A stretch of DNA of 64,000 nt from Mobula hypostoma (GCF_963921235.1 NC_086097.1:121956001-122020000); one strand, 5' to 3'. Counted from the first letter of the stretch, positions 40,698 through 54,000 are shown. Notes: generated from the letters alone by a model not told the origin. A program made the numbers and translations.

Positions 40698-41694
40698 CAC
40701 CGGTCCCCAACCACCAGGCCGCAGACTGGTGCCGGGCCACAAAGCTTGTGCTATCGGGCCGCGAGGAAACGATACGAGTCAGCTGCACCTTTCCTCATTC
40801 CCTGTCATGCCCACTGTTGGAATTTGAACGCACACGAGGTCATTACCCACGCGTCATCCATGTCAGCGCGGAAAGAAGATCAACTCTTTGAGTTTGCAAA
40901 TTACGGCGGGCTGAAAATTATGTTTGACATAACATCTCTGCCGGCATTCTGGATCAAAGTCAAGGCTAAATATCTTGAGATAGCCACGAAAGCACTGAAA
41001 ATGTTGCTTCCATTTCCAACATATCTCTGTGAAGCAGGGTTTTCTGCAATGAATGCAATGAAAACTAAGTGGCAGAATAGACTGGACATAAGGAACCCCC
41101 TTCGAGTATCGCTGTCTCCCATCGCCCCTCGATGGCACCGTCTTGTTGCAGGGAAACAAGCCCAGGGCTCCCACTGATTCAGCGATATTGCTATGTTGCA
41201 ATGATTTTATATGTTCATACAGGGAAAATATGCGCTGTGTGTTTAATATCCAAACGTTACTTAAAATATTATGATGCTATTGACTTATAAGTGCCTTATA
41301 ATTGACTTATCACTATATTCATGGGAGGAAAATATGCACTGCGTGTTTAATATTAAATTCTTTAGATAAACCTTTTCATAAAAGAAATTGAGTGTATTAG
41401 CTACTTATCACCTATATTCAGGTCGTGATTAACAACCCCCTCCCCCGAACAGAATCGCCAAAAACGATTTGTAGAAAAAAATCGGCACGCACATACATGC
41501 GCAAGTTATGCATGCGCACTGGTGCCTGCGCAAGGCTTCATGGTTATGGTAGTCTTTCTCAGGGTAAGCTCAATGTATTTGACTGCTACTCTTGTCCGTT
41601 GGCAACCCTACCCCCCCAACCCAGGTCGGCCGGTCTGCAAGAATATTGTCAATATTAAACTGGTCTGCAGTGCAAAAAAGATTGGGGACCTCTG
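40698..41694 (+). mobile_element. Non-autonomous hAT (Buster/Charlie-type) transposon
   Basis: TIRs caccggtccccaa and ttggggacctctg; 8-bp TSD ctatagac; dimerisation-domain remnant FWIKVKAKYLEIATKALKMLLPFPTYLCEAGFSAM. Confidence 0.93.
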
Positions 41695-43669
41695 CTATAG
41701 ACCAACAAGTCCCTGGCTCCTATAGACATTGCTTCTGTTTGCAAAATTGAGTTTTCAAATTCAAACTGATTACTGTTTGCCATTTACATCAAGAACTGAA
41801 GACTGGCTCCCATTTATGATAGCTAAACAAGGAATATTAATTGGAAATTTAACTTAATTCAGAAACAGCACTTTGATCTTTACAAGTGGCAGATGCTATC
41901 TTCAGAAAGCTGAGCTTGTTAAAAGAAAACCAAGACCCCTGGTCCGGAGGGTGAATATTCATCACAAACTGCATTTCCCTGCTTTCTCCCCATGATATTT
42001 GTCACCCTTACGAATCAAGAACCTATCCACTTCCTCTTTGAATATACCCAATGACTTGGCCTCTACAATTTGTTTCTGATAGATAGTTTTGAATCATTCC
42101 ATACATCTCCAAATTGAACCTTACATTGAGAGTCTTGACATTAAGCTTCTTGAAGTGGAAAGCAACTTAGAAAATTACTTCCCGATTTTTGCTTCCAATG
42201 CACAAGCAATCTCCTGAAGTTGCTTTAGAACATAATTTTGAATACTGCTGAACTTGGAAAGTCTCATAATAAATCACTATATAGCAAAAGTAAACAGAAT
42301 ACTGCATTGAGCTGCAGTAAAAAACTTGGTGGAAGACAATGTTAAGTTGAATTAATTGAATATGTAAAGTAGGCTAATCAGATAATATTATCTATTAGAC
42401 TTACACTTCTTCAGCCTAAAGAGCATATATTATGCTTTAAGAAATAAAATCTTAAACATCTGTTAGTTTTCTTTTGTGAGGACAAATTAGGCTGCAAAGC
42501 ATCTTCTATAATTAGCATAATGGAAGGGTCTCCATCATAGCTTGGAGATTAATAGAAATTGTGAATCAGAGACCACCAATCCTTGATCTTAACCATATTA
42601 GACAAGGAAGAAAACTATAGTAACATAAATGGATGTTTCTCAGTGGGGAAATGATTTACATTACATAGGAACAGAGTGGCCTCAAAAATACAGTAAGGTC
42701 TCTATCCAATGTCAATTCAGACAGATCTACTGGTACTTGTTTCTCTGTAAATCTGTAAAACTTAGGATAAATTTTACAATTTAAAAATCCTATAAGCCTT
42801 AACAAAAGTGACTGTCTCAGCGTAAAGAAGCCTTGAATCCATTTACCTTCAAGAGTCAAAATTGAAAAAAAGTACTGAGCTTTAAGACCATGTAAACCTT
42901 AACTAAAAGCCGCTGAATACCCTTTATTTTAAATATATTCCTGTAAATCTAATTATGTGGAAAATAATGCTAACATACACAACATCCTATTTTTTTACTG
43001 TGCTTATTAATTGCTTATTAAATGATTGCTCTTAGGTTTCCTCAGTAAATGTGCTAAAGATGTTTCATTCCATGTCATTAGAAAGATCTTTCATTTACTA
43101 AACTAATGATGTTTACATATGATAAAATCTTTTTTAAAAAGGAAGTTAAAATGATTTACTACACACAAATGTGTAAATGCACTGTAATTCTTGGTAAATT
43201 ATACCCCATTTTGTTTTATAGCTTAGGTCATGGATGGTTAAAGTGGCTATTAAACACTTATTTGTATGTAATGCACCCTTGATTGGGTGTACCATTACAT
43301 TTCACCAATATTACAGTAGTTGTACAGGCTCACTTTGTGATCATGTCACTGCAATTTGATTTCATTGCTTTTTGTTTTATTTTCATTTCCAGGCAGAGAT
43401 TTGAATTCTGACTATCGTCGTTAGCAACAGTGGTAATGATCAGAATAAAAACCAGAGAAAAAAATCCAAATCAAATGCTCAGGATGTCCATGTTCTTCTG
43501 CTGAAGTTCTGGTGGAGAGATCAGGAAAATTGTGACGCTAATTTACAGTTTGCAGTTTTTACAAACAACTCATTTTTATTTTGACTTCATTTGATGACAA
43601 CGCCTTTTGAAAGTCAAACAACTGCAGATGCTGCAACCCAGAAGCAAAAATTCAGATTCCCAGCATCTG

Positions 43670-44305
43670 CTATCCAATGCAGCTCAACCCAGAAAAGAGT
43701 GAAGTGATACTCTTTGGAAGGTCGAATTTGAAAGCAGAGTACCGAGTTAATCATAGGGGCTTAGTAGTGTGGAGGAACAAAGGGACTTTGGAGTCCAAGC
43801 CCATAGATCACTCAAAGTTACTGTGCAATTTGATAGGGTTGTTAAGAAGGCGTGTGGTATGTTGCCTTTCATTAACTGGGGAGAGGGGTATTGAGTTCAA
43901 GAACTGCGAGGTAATGTTGGAACTCTATAAAACCCTAATTAGACCACACCTGGAATATTGTGTTCAGTTCTGGTTGCCTTATTATTGGAAAGACGTGGAA
44001 GCTTTAGAGAGGGTGCAGAGGAAATTTTCCAGCATTCTACCTGGATTAGAGAGCATGTCTTATGAGTGAGTTAGGGCTTTACGCTTTGGACCAAAGGAGG
44101 ATGTGAGGTGATTTGATAGAGGTGTACAAGGTGTTAAGAAGCATAGATCAAGTGGATAGCCAGAGACTTTTTCTAAGGGCAGAAATAGCTAACATGAGAG
44201 GTTATAATTTTAAGGTGAATGGAGGAAAGTACAGTGGGGATGTCAGAGGTTCATTTTTTGCACAGAGAGAGGTAGGTACATGGCACACCCTGCCAGAGGT
44301 GGTTT
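43670..44305 (+). mobile_element. CR1 LINE fragment
   Basis: LYKTLIRPHLEYCVQFW. Confidence 0.85.
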
Positions 44306-44959
44306 TGAGTGCTAAGTTGTTGTCACGACACACTCAACCACTTGATTCCTGTATGCCTCATTGTCACCATCTGAGATTCACCAGATTTATAGATGGCACT
44401 TGAGCTATGCCTAACCACACAGTGATGTGTGTTGTGAGAGTAGAGCATACATTCTTGAGTTGAGTCTGTGTTGATTATTAACAAGGAGGAGGTGTTATTT
44501 CGGAACTGCACTGTCTGCGGTCTCCCTATGAGGAAATCAAAGATTCAGGTGCAGAGGGAGATGCAAAGGCCTAGGTTTTGAAGCCAGTACTAAGGGAATG
44601 ATGGTGTTGAACACCAAGCTGTCATTAATAAACAGTAGCCTGTCATAGGTACTGCTGTCGGCCAGCTGTCCAAGGCTGAGTGGAGAGCCAGTGAAATTGT
44701 ATCCATTGTAGACCTGTTGTGGCAGTAAACAAATTACAGCTAGACCAGATCCCTGCTCAGGACCAACCACACAAAGCACTTCATCACAGTAGATGCAAGT
44801 GCTACCAGATGATAGTTCTTGAGGCAACTCTCCCTGCTCTTCTTGGGCACCAACCGGTATGATTGACGCCCTTTTGAAGGGTATGGGAGCCTATGACTGC
44901 AGCAATGAAAGGATGAAGATGTCCTTGAGCACTGCAAGCAGCTGGATGGCACAGATACA

Positions 44960-46120
44960 AAAGGACTAGTGCAGGACACCCTGAAGGTTAACTTGCAGGT
45001 TGAGTGGGCGGTGAGGAAGGCAAATACCATGTTATCATTCATTTCAAGAGGTCTAGAACAGTGGTCCCCAATGACCAGGCCGCGGACCAGTACTGGGCCA
45101 CGAGAAAACGATATGAGTCAGCTGCACTTTTCCTCATTCCCTGTCACGCACTGTTGAACTTGAAATAACCTACCAAATCATACCAAATAACACATAAAAC
45201 CTTAAATAACAGTAACATATAGTAATATGTACACTGTAGTTTCACTTAACAGAATCACGAAGATTAAGCCAACGCCTATTTATAGAAAAAAAATCGGCAC
45301 GTACACGCATGTGCACGTCATGTATGCGCACGTTACGCATATGCACACAGGTGCCTGCGCAAGGCTTCATGGTCATGGTTGTCTTTCTCAGGGTAAACAC
45401 AAGTGTCCCGTATTTGACTGCTACTTTTGTCTCTTATTTGGGAGTGAGAAAGTTGGCAACCCTACTTGAGCACCACCCCCCCACCCCCCCACCCCCCATC
45501 AGCCGATCCGCAAGAATATTTTCAATATTAAACCAGTCTGTGGTGCAAGAAAGGTTGGGGACCCCTGGTCTAGAATACAAGAGCAAAGGTGTGATGCTGA
45601 GGCTCTATAAGGCACTGGTGAGGCCTCACCTTGAGTATTGTGAACAGTTTTGGGCCCCTCATCTTAGAAGAGATGTGCTGGCATTGGAGAAGGTCCAGAG
45701 GAGGTTCACAAGGATAGTTCCAGGAATGAAAGGGTTATCATATGAAGAATATTTGATGGCTCTGGGTCTGTACTCACTGGAATTCAGAGGGATTGGGTGG
45801 GGGGGAATCTCACTGGAACTTTTCAAATGTTGAAAGGTCTAGACAGAGTAGATGTGGAAAGGATGTTTCCCATGGTAGGAGAGTCTAGGACTAGAGGGCA
45901 CCGCCTCAGGATAGAAGGGCAGTGAATTTATGGAATTTATTAGCCAGGTCATTGGGTATATTTAAGGCAGGGATTGATAAGTTCTTGACTGGACATGGCA
46001 CCAAAGATTACGGGGAGAAGGCCGGGAACTGGGGTTGAGGAGGAGGTAAAAAAGGATCAGCCATGATTGAATGGGGGAGCAGATGGCCTAATTCTGCTCC
46101 TATATCTTATGGTCTTTGGT
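44960..46120 (+). mobile_element. CR1 LINE 3' fragment interrupted by a hAT MITE
   Basis: SFISRGLE|YKSKGVMLRLYKALVRPHLEYC is continuous across the insertion. Confidence 0.9.
45059..45567 (+). mobile_element. hAT MITE (same family as 40698-41694)
   Basis: TIRs cagtggtccccaa and ttggggacccctg; TSD gtctagaa at 45051-45058 and 45568-45575. Confidence 0.93.
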
Positions 46121-46523
46121 TTTCAGTATACTGCCTCACATCTTGCTAGGGTTCAGTCCCTTGAAGGGTGTCCCGATACTGCTCTCCGAGACAGACACAG
46201 GAGAACCAAGCACATCAGCGCAGTGTATTGGGACTACAACATTTTAAAATGCAATAGGTAGAATAGGGACAATGGTGGACATAACATTAATTTTATATGT
46301 AGATCTTGAATCTGTGGAATTGATTGCCTCAGACATCTGGGAGGCCAAGTCATTGGATTTATTTAAAGCTGAAGTTGATAGGTTCTTGATAAGTAGGGGT
46401 ATGGGCAGAAGGCAGGAGAATGGGGTTGAGGGGGATAGTAAATTAGCTATAATAGAATGGTAGGGTAGACTTGAAGGGCAGAATGGTCTAATTCTGCTCC
46501 TATGTCTTACGGTCTAATTACAT

Positions 46524-47708
46524 CAGCGGTCCCCAACCACCGGGCCGCAGAGCATGCGCTACCAGGCCGCGAGGAAGGGATATGATTTGGTCAGCTGCAC
46601 CTTTCCTCATTCCCTGTCATGGCCACTGATCAGCCATTATGCACACGAGGTCATGACCCGCGCGTCATCCGTGTCAGGGCGGGAAGGCGATCAACTCCTT
46701 GAGCTTGCAAATGACGACGGCTGAAAAGTATGTTTGACATAACGTCTCTGTCAGCATTTTGGATCAAAGTCAAGGCTAAATATCCTGAGATAGCCACGAA
46801 AGCACTGAAAATGCTGCTTTCATTTCCTACACTTTTCTGCGAAGCGGAGTTTTCTGCAATGAATGCAACAAAAACTAAACTGCGGAATAGACTGGACATA
46901 AGGACCCCACTTCGAGTATCGATGTCTCCCATCACCCCTCGATAGGACGGTGTTGTTGCAGGGAAACAAGCCCAGGGCTCCCACTGATTCAGTGATATTG
47001 GTGTGTTGCAATGATTTTATATATTCATACGGGGAAAATATGTGCTGTGCATTCAATATCCAAATATTACTTAAAATGTTATGATGCTATTGACTTATAA
47101 GTGACCTATATAACCATATAACAATTACAGCACGGAAACAGGCCATCTTGGCCCCTCTAGTCCGTGCCGAACACTACTCTCACCTGGTCCCGCCGACCTG
47201 CACTCAGCCCCTAACCCTCCATTCCTTTCCTGTCCAGATACCTATCCAATTTTTTTTTATATGATCATATCGAACCTGCTTCTGCCACTTCTACTGGAAG
47301 TTCGTTCAACACTTCAAGCTCCCCTAATAATTGACTTATCATTATATCCATGCGAGGAAAATATGCGCTGTGTGTTTAATATTAAATTCATTAGATAAAC
47401 CCTTTTAGAAACAAAATTGAGTGTATTACCCACTTATCACCTATATTCCAGTAGTGATTAACACCCACCCCCCCCCCCGAGCTGGGGGGGCGGGGGGAGG
47501 GATTGGCAGGTCATGACGTGCATGCGCATTGGTGCCCGCGCAAGGCTTCATGGTCATTGTAGTCTTTTGGGTAAACAACGCATTTGACTGCTACTCTTGT
47601 TCATTGGCAACCCTACCCGCAGCCCCCCACCCCGCCCCGGTCGGCCGGTCTGCAAGAATATTGTCAATATTAAACCGGTCCGCAGTGCAAAAAAGGTTGG
47701 GGACCCTG
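46524..47708 (+). mobile_element. Non-autonomous hAT transposon with a nested CR1 tail (~47108-47325, minus)
   Basis: TIRs cagcggtccccaacc and ggttggggaccctg; TSD aattacat at 46516-46523 and 47709-47716; same transposase remnant as 40698-41694. Confidence 0.93.
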
Positions 47709-47823
47709 AATTACATCATATATTATGATAATGCAGGCTTTTAACCATTTGAGCTTAATGAGATCGCATTATGGTCATTACTTACTACAGCAATTCTGAG
47801 AGAGAGTTCAATACCAAAGTTAC

Positions 47824-48013
47824 CTGCCAGCTTCAAATGTGAACCATGTTGCATCCCTTCCATACCGTCTGAGGGAGCTGAGTGGCCACATCACCAGCTT
47901 TACTCTAGGATTGTGGATGTCCCACAGATAAATGTTCTCATGTGTGATCTGCATGGTGCATTCTCCATAAATGTCCAGATTGGGAGTTGGCATCAAATAC
48001 ACATTGAACCGCT
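47824..48013 (-). CDS. DOK6: Internal coding exon of docking protein 6 (IRS-type PTB domain)
   Basis: The minus strand reads ttttttctcttcatttgttttgcag|AGCGGTTC...GCTGGCAG|gtaact, a 190-bp exon with canonical splice sites. It translates without stops as (E)[62 protein letters not shown](R). [14 protein letters not shown] and VMWPLSS match DOK6 rather than DOK4/DOK5 as I recall those proteins. Confidence 0.93.
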
Positions 48014-48169
48014 CTGCAAAACAAATGAAGAGAAAAAATCATTTATGTAATCTTACATGGTGCTCACAACATAGAACCAAGTCATTCTGTCCAATAGATT
48101 GATGTTGAAATTTAGGTTCAATGCCTTTGCACATAGGTGGTTTGTCCATCTTTGTTGCGTGCAATTTTT

Positions 48170-48197
48170 CATAGTCATAGTCATAGTCATAGTCATA
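48170..48197. repeat. (TAGTCA)n tail of a minus-strand LINE fragment (~48170-48460)
   Basis: Tandem hexamer next to the ORF remnant FSQRLIPLRCSTECLRKSFLPVAIKLY. Confidence 0.75.
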
Positions 48198-48809
48198 CTT
48201 GATTGATCCCAGGGGAAATTCGTTTTCGTTACAGTTGCACCATAAATAATTAAATAGTAATAAAACCATAAATAGTTAAATAGTAATATGTAAATTATGC
48301 CAGGAAAAGGTCCAGGACCAGCCTATTGGCTCAGGGTGTCTGACTCTCCAAGGGAGGAGTAAAGTTTGATGGCCACAGGCAGGAATGACTTCCTAAGACA
48401 CTCTGTGCTGCATCTCAGTGGAATGAGTCTCTGGCTGAATGTACTCCTGTGCCCACCCAATACATTATGTACATTGATTCGATTGTGTCTCTTTGTATTT
48501 ATTGTGAATGCCCACAAGGAAAACAAGTCTCAGAGCAGTACACGATGACATATATGTACTTTGATAATAAGTTTACATTGAGCTTTTTTTTACCGAAGAC
48601 TATCCAAGCTCCTTTTTATCTAACTCCAACAATATGGCCTTGTTTTTGACGAGTTAACTAAATTCTTCTTCTGGAACTACGTTATTTACCTTAACTACTC
48701 CCTGCCAAAAACACAACAGATTCTGCAGATGCTGGAAATCCAAAGCAATGCACATAAAATGCTAGAAGAACTCAGCAGGTCAGTCAGCATCCATGGAGAG
48801 GCGTAAACA

Positions 48810-49590
48810 GCTCTACTTTTGTCTTTAATATATTTCTACTTTTCCCTTTCAGGGTTCTTTTGAAGACCATGACCTGGAGTTAGATGCTGACTTCACTTCT
48901 TTGAGGGAATGGGACCCACTCTTGGGGTCTCAGAACTGGCCACTATTTGATATGCCAAGGACACGGCCTAGAAGACTAGCACACATTCAGCATTTTGGGA
49001 TTTCATGGCTCTGGAGGCGGGTGGACTCAAGGTTGTTGCCTCCGCAGGAATCTGGTGTGTCATGGGAGTACATGGAAGATCGAAGGCAGCAAGCTGGCTG
49101 CTGGCTGTGTGCCCGGAGACCTGAGCTCTTTGGCACAGAGCTCGTAGAAAGCGATGCAACAGACCTTTAACATTGTAAATCAGCGAGTTGTTTGTTATGT
49201 TTCCCCTCTCGCTGTGAAATGGAGACATCACTTTTTCCCTTATTAGGGAGAAGGAGAGCCTGTGGTATGTTGAATTACCAGGTGAACGAGTAGTCTTTGG
49301 GGTACTGCATATCTGTGTCTTTATTGATGCTTTGCTGCATGCTTGAGTGCTCAGTGGGGAGTGCTGATGTATTTTTTGCTGGTGGGGAGGGGGGTTGTTG
49401 CTTTGCTGCTGCTTATGCTTTGGAGGGGGTAGCTGGGGAGATTTAGGGTTCTAACATTTAATTGTCATTCATTCTTTGGGGCACTCTTCTGTTTTTGTGG
49501 ATGGTTGTGAAGAAAAAGAATTTCAGGATGTATATTGCATGCATTTCTCTGACATTAAATGTACCTTTGAACCTTTGAGACTTTGAACCT
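48810..49590 (+). mobile_element. Unclassified non-coding retroposon inserted into a minus-strand Penelope tail
   Basis: TSD taaaca at 48804-48809 and 49591-49596; ends in attaaatgta(cctttgaa)-type repeats. The Penelope sequence is collinear on both sides. Confidence 0.65.
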
Positions 49591-49796
49591 TAAACAATAG
49601 ACATTTCGGTCCGAGGCCCTTTATCAGGACTGGAAAGGAAGGAAGCAGAAACCAGAGTGAAAAGGTGGGGAGGAGGGGAGTGGGAGTGGAAGGAGTACAA
49701 GTTGGCAGGTGATAGGTAAGACCAGGTGAGGAGGAAAGTGGATGGGAAGCTGAAGTGACATGCTGAAAGGTGATATAATCTCTACCACAGCCACTT

Positions 49797-50352
49797 ACAC
49801 TCAGCAGCCTCTTCATTAGGTGCACCTGCTCCTTAATGCAAATATCTGATCAGCTAATCATGTGGCAGCAAGTCCATGCATAAAAGAGATGATCAAGATG
49901 TTCAGTTGTTGGCCAGGCCAAACATCAGAATGGGGAATTACTGTGACTTTGACCATGGGATGATTGTTGGTGCCAAATGGGGTGGTCTGAGTATCTCAGA
50001 AACTGCTGATTGCATGGGATTTTCATGCCCAACAGTCTCTCGAGTTTACAGAGAATGACGTGAAAAACAAAAACAACCAGTGAGCAACAGTTCTGTGAGT
50101 GAAAATGCTTTGTTAATGAGAGAGGTCAGATTAGAATGGCCAGCTTGGTTCAAACTGACAGGAAGGTAACAGTATCTGAAATAACCATGTGTTACGATAG
50201 TGGTGTGCAGAAGAGCATCTTTGAATGCACAACATGTCAAACCTTGAAGTGGATGGGCCACAGCAGCAGAAAACCACTAACATATACTAAATGTTACTAA
50301 GTGTCCACTCTAATGGAACAGGAGGTACCTAATAAAGTGATTGCTGAGTGTA
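49797..50352 (+). mobile_element. Non-autonomous Tc1-like DNA transposon
   Basis: Ends tacactcagc and ctgagtgta; DFDHGMIVGAKWGGLSISETADCMGFSCPTVSRVYRE. Confidence 0.85.
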
Positions 50353-50469
50353 GTATATATACAGTATATTGTACATTGTCTCTGAAATTCATACCAATTT
50401 ATACCTAGTATAGGAATGGAGCACAGAGACCGAGTTCAAGCTTCTGGAGTGTAGAGTTTCCAGGCACAG

Positions 50470-51070
50470 GAGACCACCTATTTTAATTCTACTTCTCATT
50501 CCTATTTTGACATGCCAGTCCAGGATTTCCTCTACTACCACAATGAGGCCACGCTCAGGATGGAGGAGCAACACCTCATACTCCATCTGAGTAGCTTACA
50601 AGCTGATGGCATGAATGTCGATTGCTTTAACTTGTGGTAATTCCACCCAAATCCACATTCAATCTTTATTAATTCCACCTTCTGCCTCTCCTCATATCTG
50701 CTCTCTTCTCCACACCTACATACTATGTCCCTCTGGTGCCTCCCCATCCTCCCTCCCCACCCCCCTCTTCCCTTTCTCCCACGGTCCACTCTCCTCTCCT
50801 ATCTGATTCCTTCTTCTTCAGCCCCTCTACCGTTTCCATCTATTACCTCTCACTTCATCTCACCTACCTTCCCCTCACCTGGTCTCACCTATCGTCTGCC
50901 AGTGTTTACTCTTTCCCCTCATCCCACCTTCTTATTCAGACTTCTTCCCCTGCCCCCCACCTTTGTCTTGCAAACTGATGAGGGGTCTCGGCCTGAAACA
51001 TTAACTGTTTATTCTTCTCCATAGATGCTGCTGAGTTCCTCCATCATTCTGTATGTGTTACTCAAGATTT
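50470..51070 (+). mobile_element. Penelope family A 3' fragment (duplicated at ~53070-53590)
   Basis: ORF end EEQHLILHLSSLQADGMN, pyrimidine-rich UTR and a decayed hammerhead at ~50975-51008. Confidence 0.85.
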
Positions 51071-54000
51071 TTTAGGTAATCTGGTTCGTCCCATCAACTT
51101 CATTATCACTTTTGGCAGGTACCCAGTACATACCCAATGTATACATGGTTGCCAAGTAGGGCACAAATATGTGGCTTGGTTGCAAGCTATGGTCACCCAC
51201 TTCAGAGAACTCCTATCCAAAGCAAGGGATGTAGAGAGTGTGGGGCTTAGGAACCCAAATCTGGCAATTAGAATCAGAGCGTCGTAGATCGTTATTGCTT
51301 GGAAACAGACACTTCAATCCAACTCATCCATGTCAACAGTGACTATCTTACTATTATGGTGTAAGTGCTGGCCTATTTCAGAGCTTGCATAACAGAAAAT
51401 CAGATAGCTTTCGGCATTCTGAGGATACAGTATGAGCTTTAGTTTCACGGGATTCCTATTCCCATATTCCGATGGAATTTTATAGCAACCCCCATGACTA
51501 TATCAAAGAACCAGTGGTAGAGTTATATAAGGAACATTGCATTACCAAGCTTTGAGAGGGAAATGATTCAATATTAATAATGGAAGATTTTACAGTCAGA
51601 CCATTTTAGTCAAGAAGGCAAAAATCAGCGCACTTTTAAATTTGGCAAAGGAATTCATTACAAGCACAGGAAATTATGCATGGGGATTTACAAGGAATCA
51701 TGGAATATAATTACCATGTATATTATTGAAGAATATCACAAAAGTATCTTTAAAGGATGTTTATCCTTTAACATAATCTTCAAAGGATGTAATGATGCTC
51801 TTTTCCACAAGATTTTGAAAATCAGTCCTTTTTATCAGCTTTTAAGGGATTCTTTTTTTGTAGGACACCTGCAGAGAATTTTCTGGTGTCTCTCATTTAT
51901 ACCATATCCTATCACACATTTTGGAGAATTAATTTGCTTTCTGCAATACTATTTTATAGAGTTCTGAGATTTAGTTGGCAGATACCAAACCGGGATTTGA
52001 TTTTGGAAATAACACGCAGTGACATCTTCATTAAGTATAAATGGACGAACTAAACAGAACACATCATTAAATTGCTCTCATACTGCATAAATTACATTAA
52101 AATTCAAGAATCATTTATTGTTATGTACAATTTTCTTTTCAAAAGCTCAGTTAATTCTAATTTCTTTGACCTCTCAAACCACATCCTACTCTGGACTATT
52201 TACCACGTTAAATTCTCGGAAGCCTTTTCCAAGCATAAATATTATCTCAATGTTTCAACAAACCGGATGGCTTTTTGGCCTTCTGTTAATGCCTCCCTCA
52301 TACATTATTGAAAAAAGCATTTCCCCCATTTCAAAGCGAACTCCTGGTAGCTTCATAAATTTGTACTTGGCAAACCAGACAACTCACGTCTTGAACATCC
52401 ACGTTGGAGGTCTGTCAGAAGATGAAATAAAACATAACGCTCAGTTGTCTAAAGTGCATATATTCTGATAAACTGACAGAAGTGCGTCTTTGAAAAGTGG
52501 ATGCTATTCCCTAGTCATCTTACACTGAGGGATAAATGTATTTTTAATGGCTTCATGTTGAATGCTCTTTCACTAGAGCTGAACTAGCTTGGAGGCTTGA
52601 GGGGAAATTGTAGCTGTCTCTCAACAGTCCATTGGTCGGGTTATATTAGTCAGAATATTGAAACTCAACCTGATTACTACCAGCTTAGTTGCACAAGCAT
52701 GGAGCTGACTGTGTAAGACACCTTGGGCTGCCTAGTCAGTGACTCCTGGGAACTCTGGTCCATGAATGCTGAGAAGGAGCACAGAGAACCTGAACTCCAT
52801 GTCATCAGGAATGCACGAATGCAGCAGAAATGTAGACCTCACCACCATAAGACCAGAAGGCCATAAGACAAAGGAGAATATTAGGCTATTCAGGCCATCA
52901 GGTCTGCTCTGCCATTCCATCATGGTCGATTTACTCACCCTCCCAGCCCCATTCTCCAGCCTTCTCCCTCTAACATTTGACACCCTTACAAATCAAGAAA
53001 CCAATTTATACCTAGTTTAGGAATGGAGCACAGAGACTGTGGAACTCCTGGAGCGTAGAGTGTCCAGGCACAGGATTTCCTGGCAGCCACTTGTTTTAAT
53101 CCTACTTCCCATTCCCATTTTGACATGTCAGTCCAGGATTTGCTCTACTACCACAATGAGGCCACGTGCAGGTTGGGGAGCAACACCTCATATTTCATCT
53201 GGGTAGCTTACAACCTGATGGCATGAACATCAACTGTTCTAATTTCTGGTAATTTCACCCAAATCCTCCTTCACTCTTTATCCATTCCCCATTCTGCCTC
53301 TCCTCATACCCACTCTCTTCTCTGCACCTGCCTACTATGTCTCTCTGATGCCTCTCTCCCCCCGCCCAGCCCCCACTTCCCTTTCTCCCATGGTCCACTC
53401 TCCTCTCCTATCTGATTCCTTCTTCTTCAGCCCCTTTACCTTTTCCATCTGTTACCTCTCACTTCATTTCACCTACCTTCCCCTCATCTGGTCTCACCTA
53501 TCACCTGCCAGTGTTTACTCTTTCCCCTCCCCACACCTTCTTATTCTGGCTTCTTCCCACCTTCCTTTTGCAGACTGATGAAATCTTCGTCTGAACCATC
53601 AACCATATTCCTGTCCCATTCAGAAAATAGATAAAGCCTTTATTTCTTCTACAAAAGTGCATGACCATACACTTCCCTGTGGTAGCGTGACAATGCTAAG
53701 TGTAATACACATATTATAGCACACTACCACCTTCTCAAGAAATTGCTCCTAATCTCTGTTCTAAAGGGACATCCTTCTACTCTGGGGCTGTGTCCACTGG
53801 TCCTTGACTCTCCCTCTATTTGAAACATCTTCTCTGCGCCTACTCTGTCTAGGCCATTCAACCTACTTGCACCCTTCCTCTGAGGCACCTCCTGTAATCT
53901 GTGGTTCCAAAACTGGCTTCATGAGTCACTTCAGTACTCAAAACTAAACAGGGTGGAAACAAAACATCTTCAATCTCAAGGGAATGCATAGGAAGAAGAG

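Noticed and set aside
40746..41177. ZBED5/SCAND3-like domesticated transposase gene
   Set aside because: Only a C-terminal remnant inside TIR/TSD-bounded non-autonomous elements, present twice.
43370..43440. Strong plus-strand splice acceptor (ttttattttcatttccag) as an antisense exon
   Set aside because: No convincing donor or recognisable coding content; such tracts arise by chance in AT-rich DNA.
45309..45833. Apparent novel fusion ORFs (also 18806-19471 and 60849-61169)
   Set aside because: Chance read-through across nested transposon junctions.
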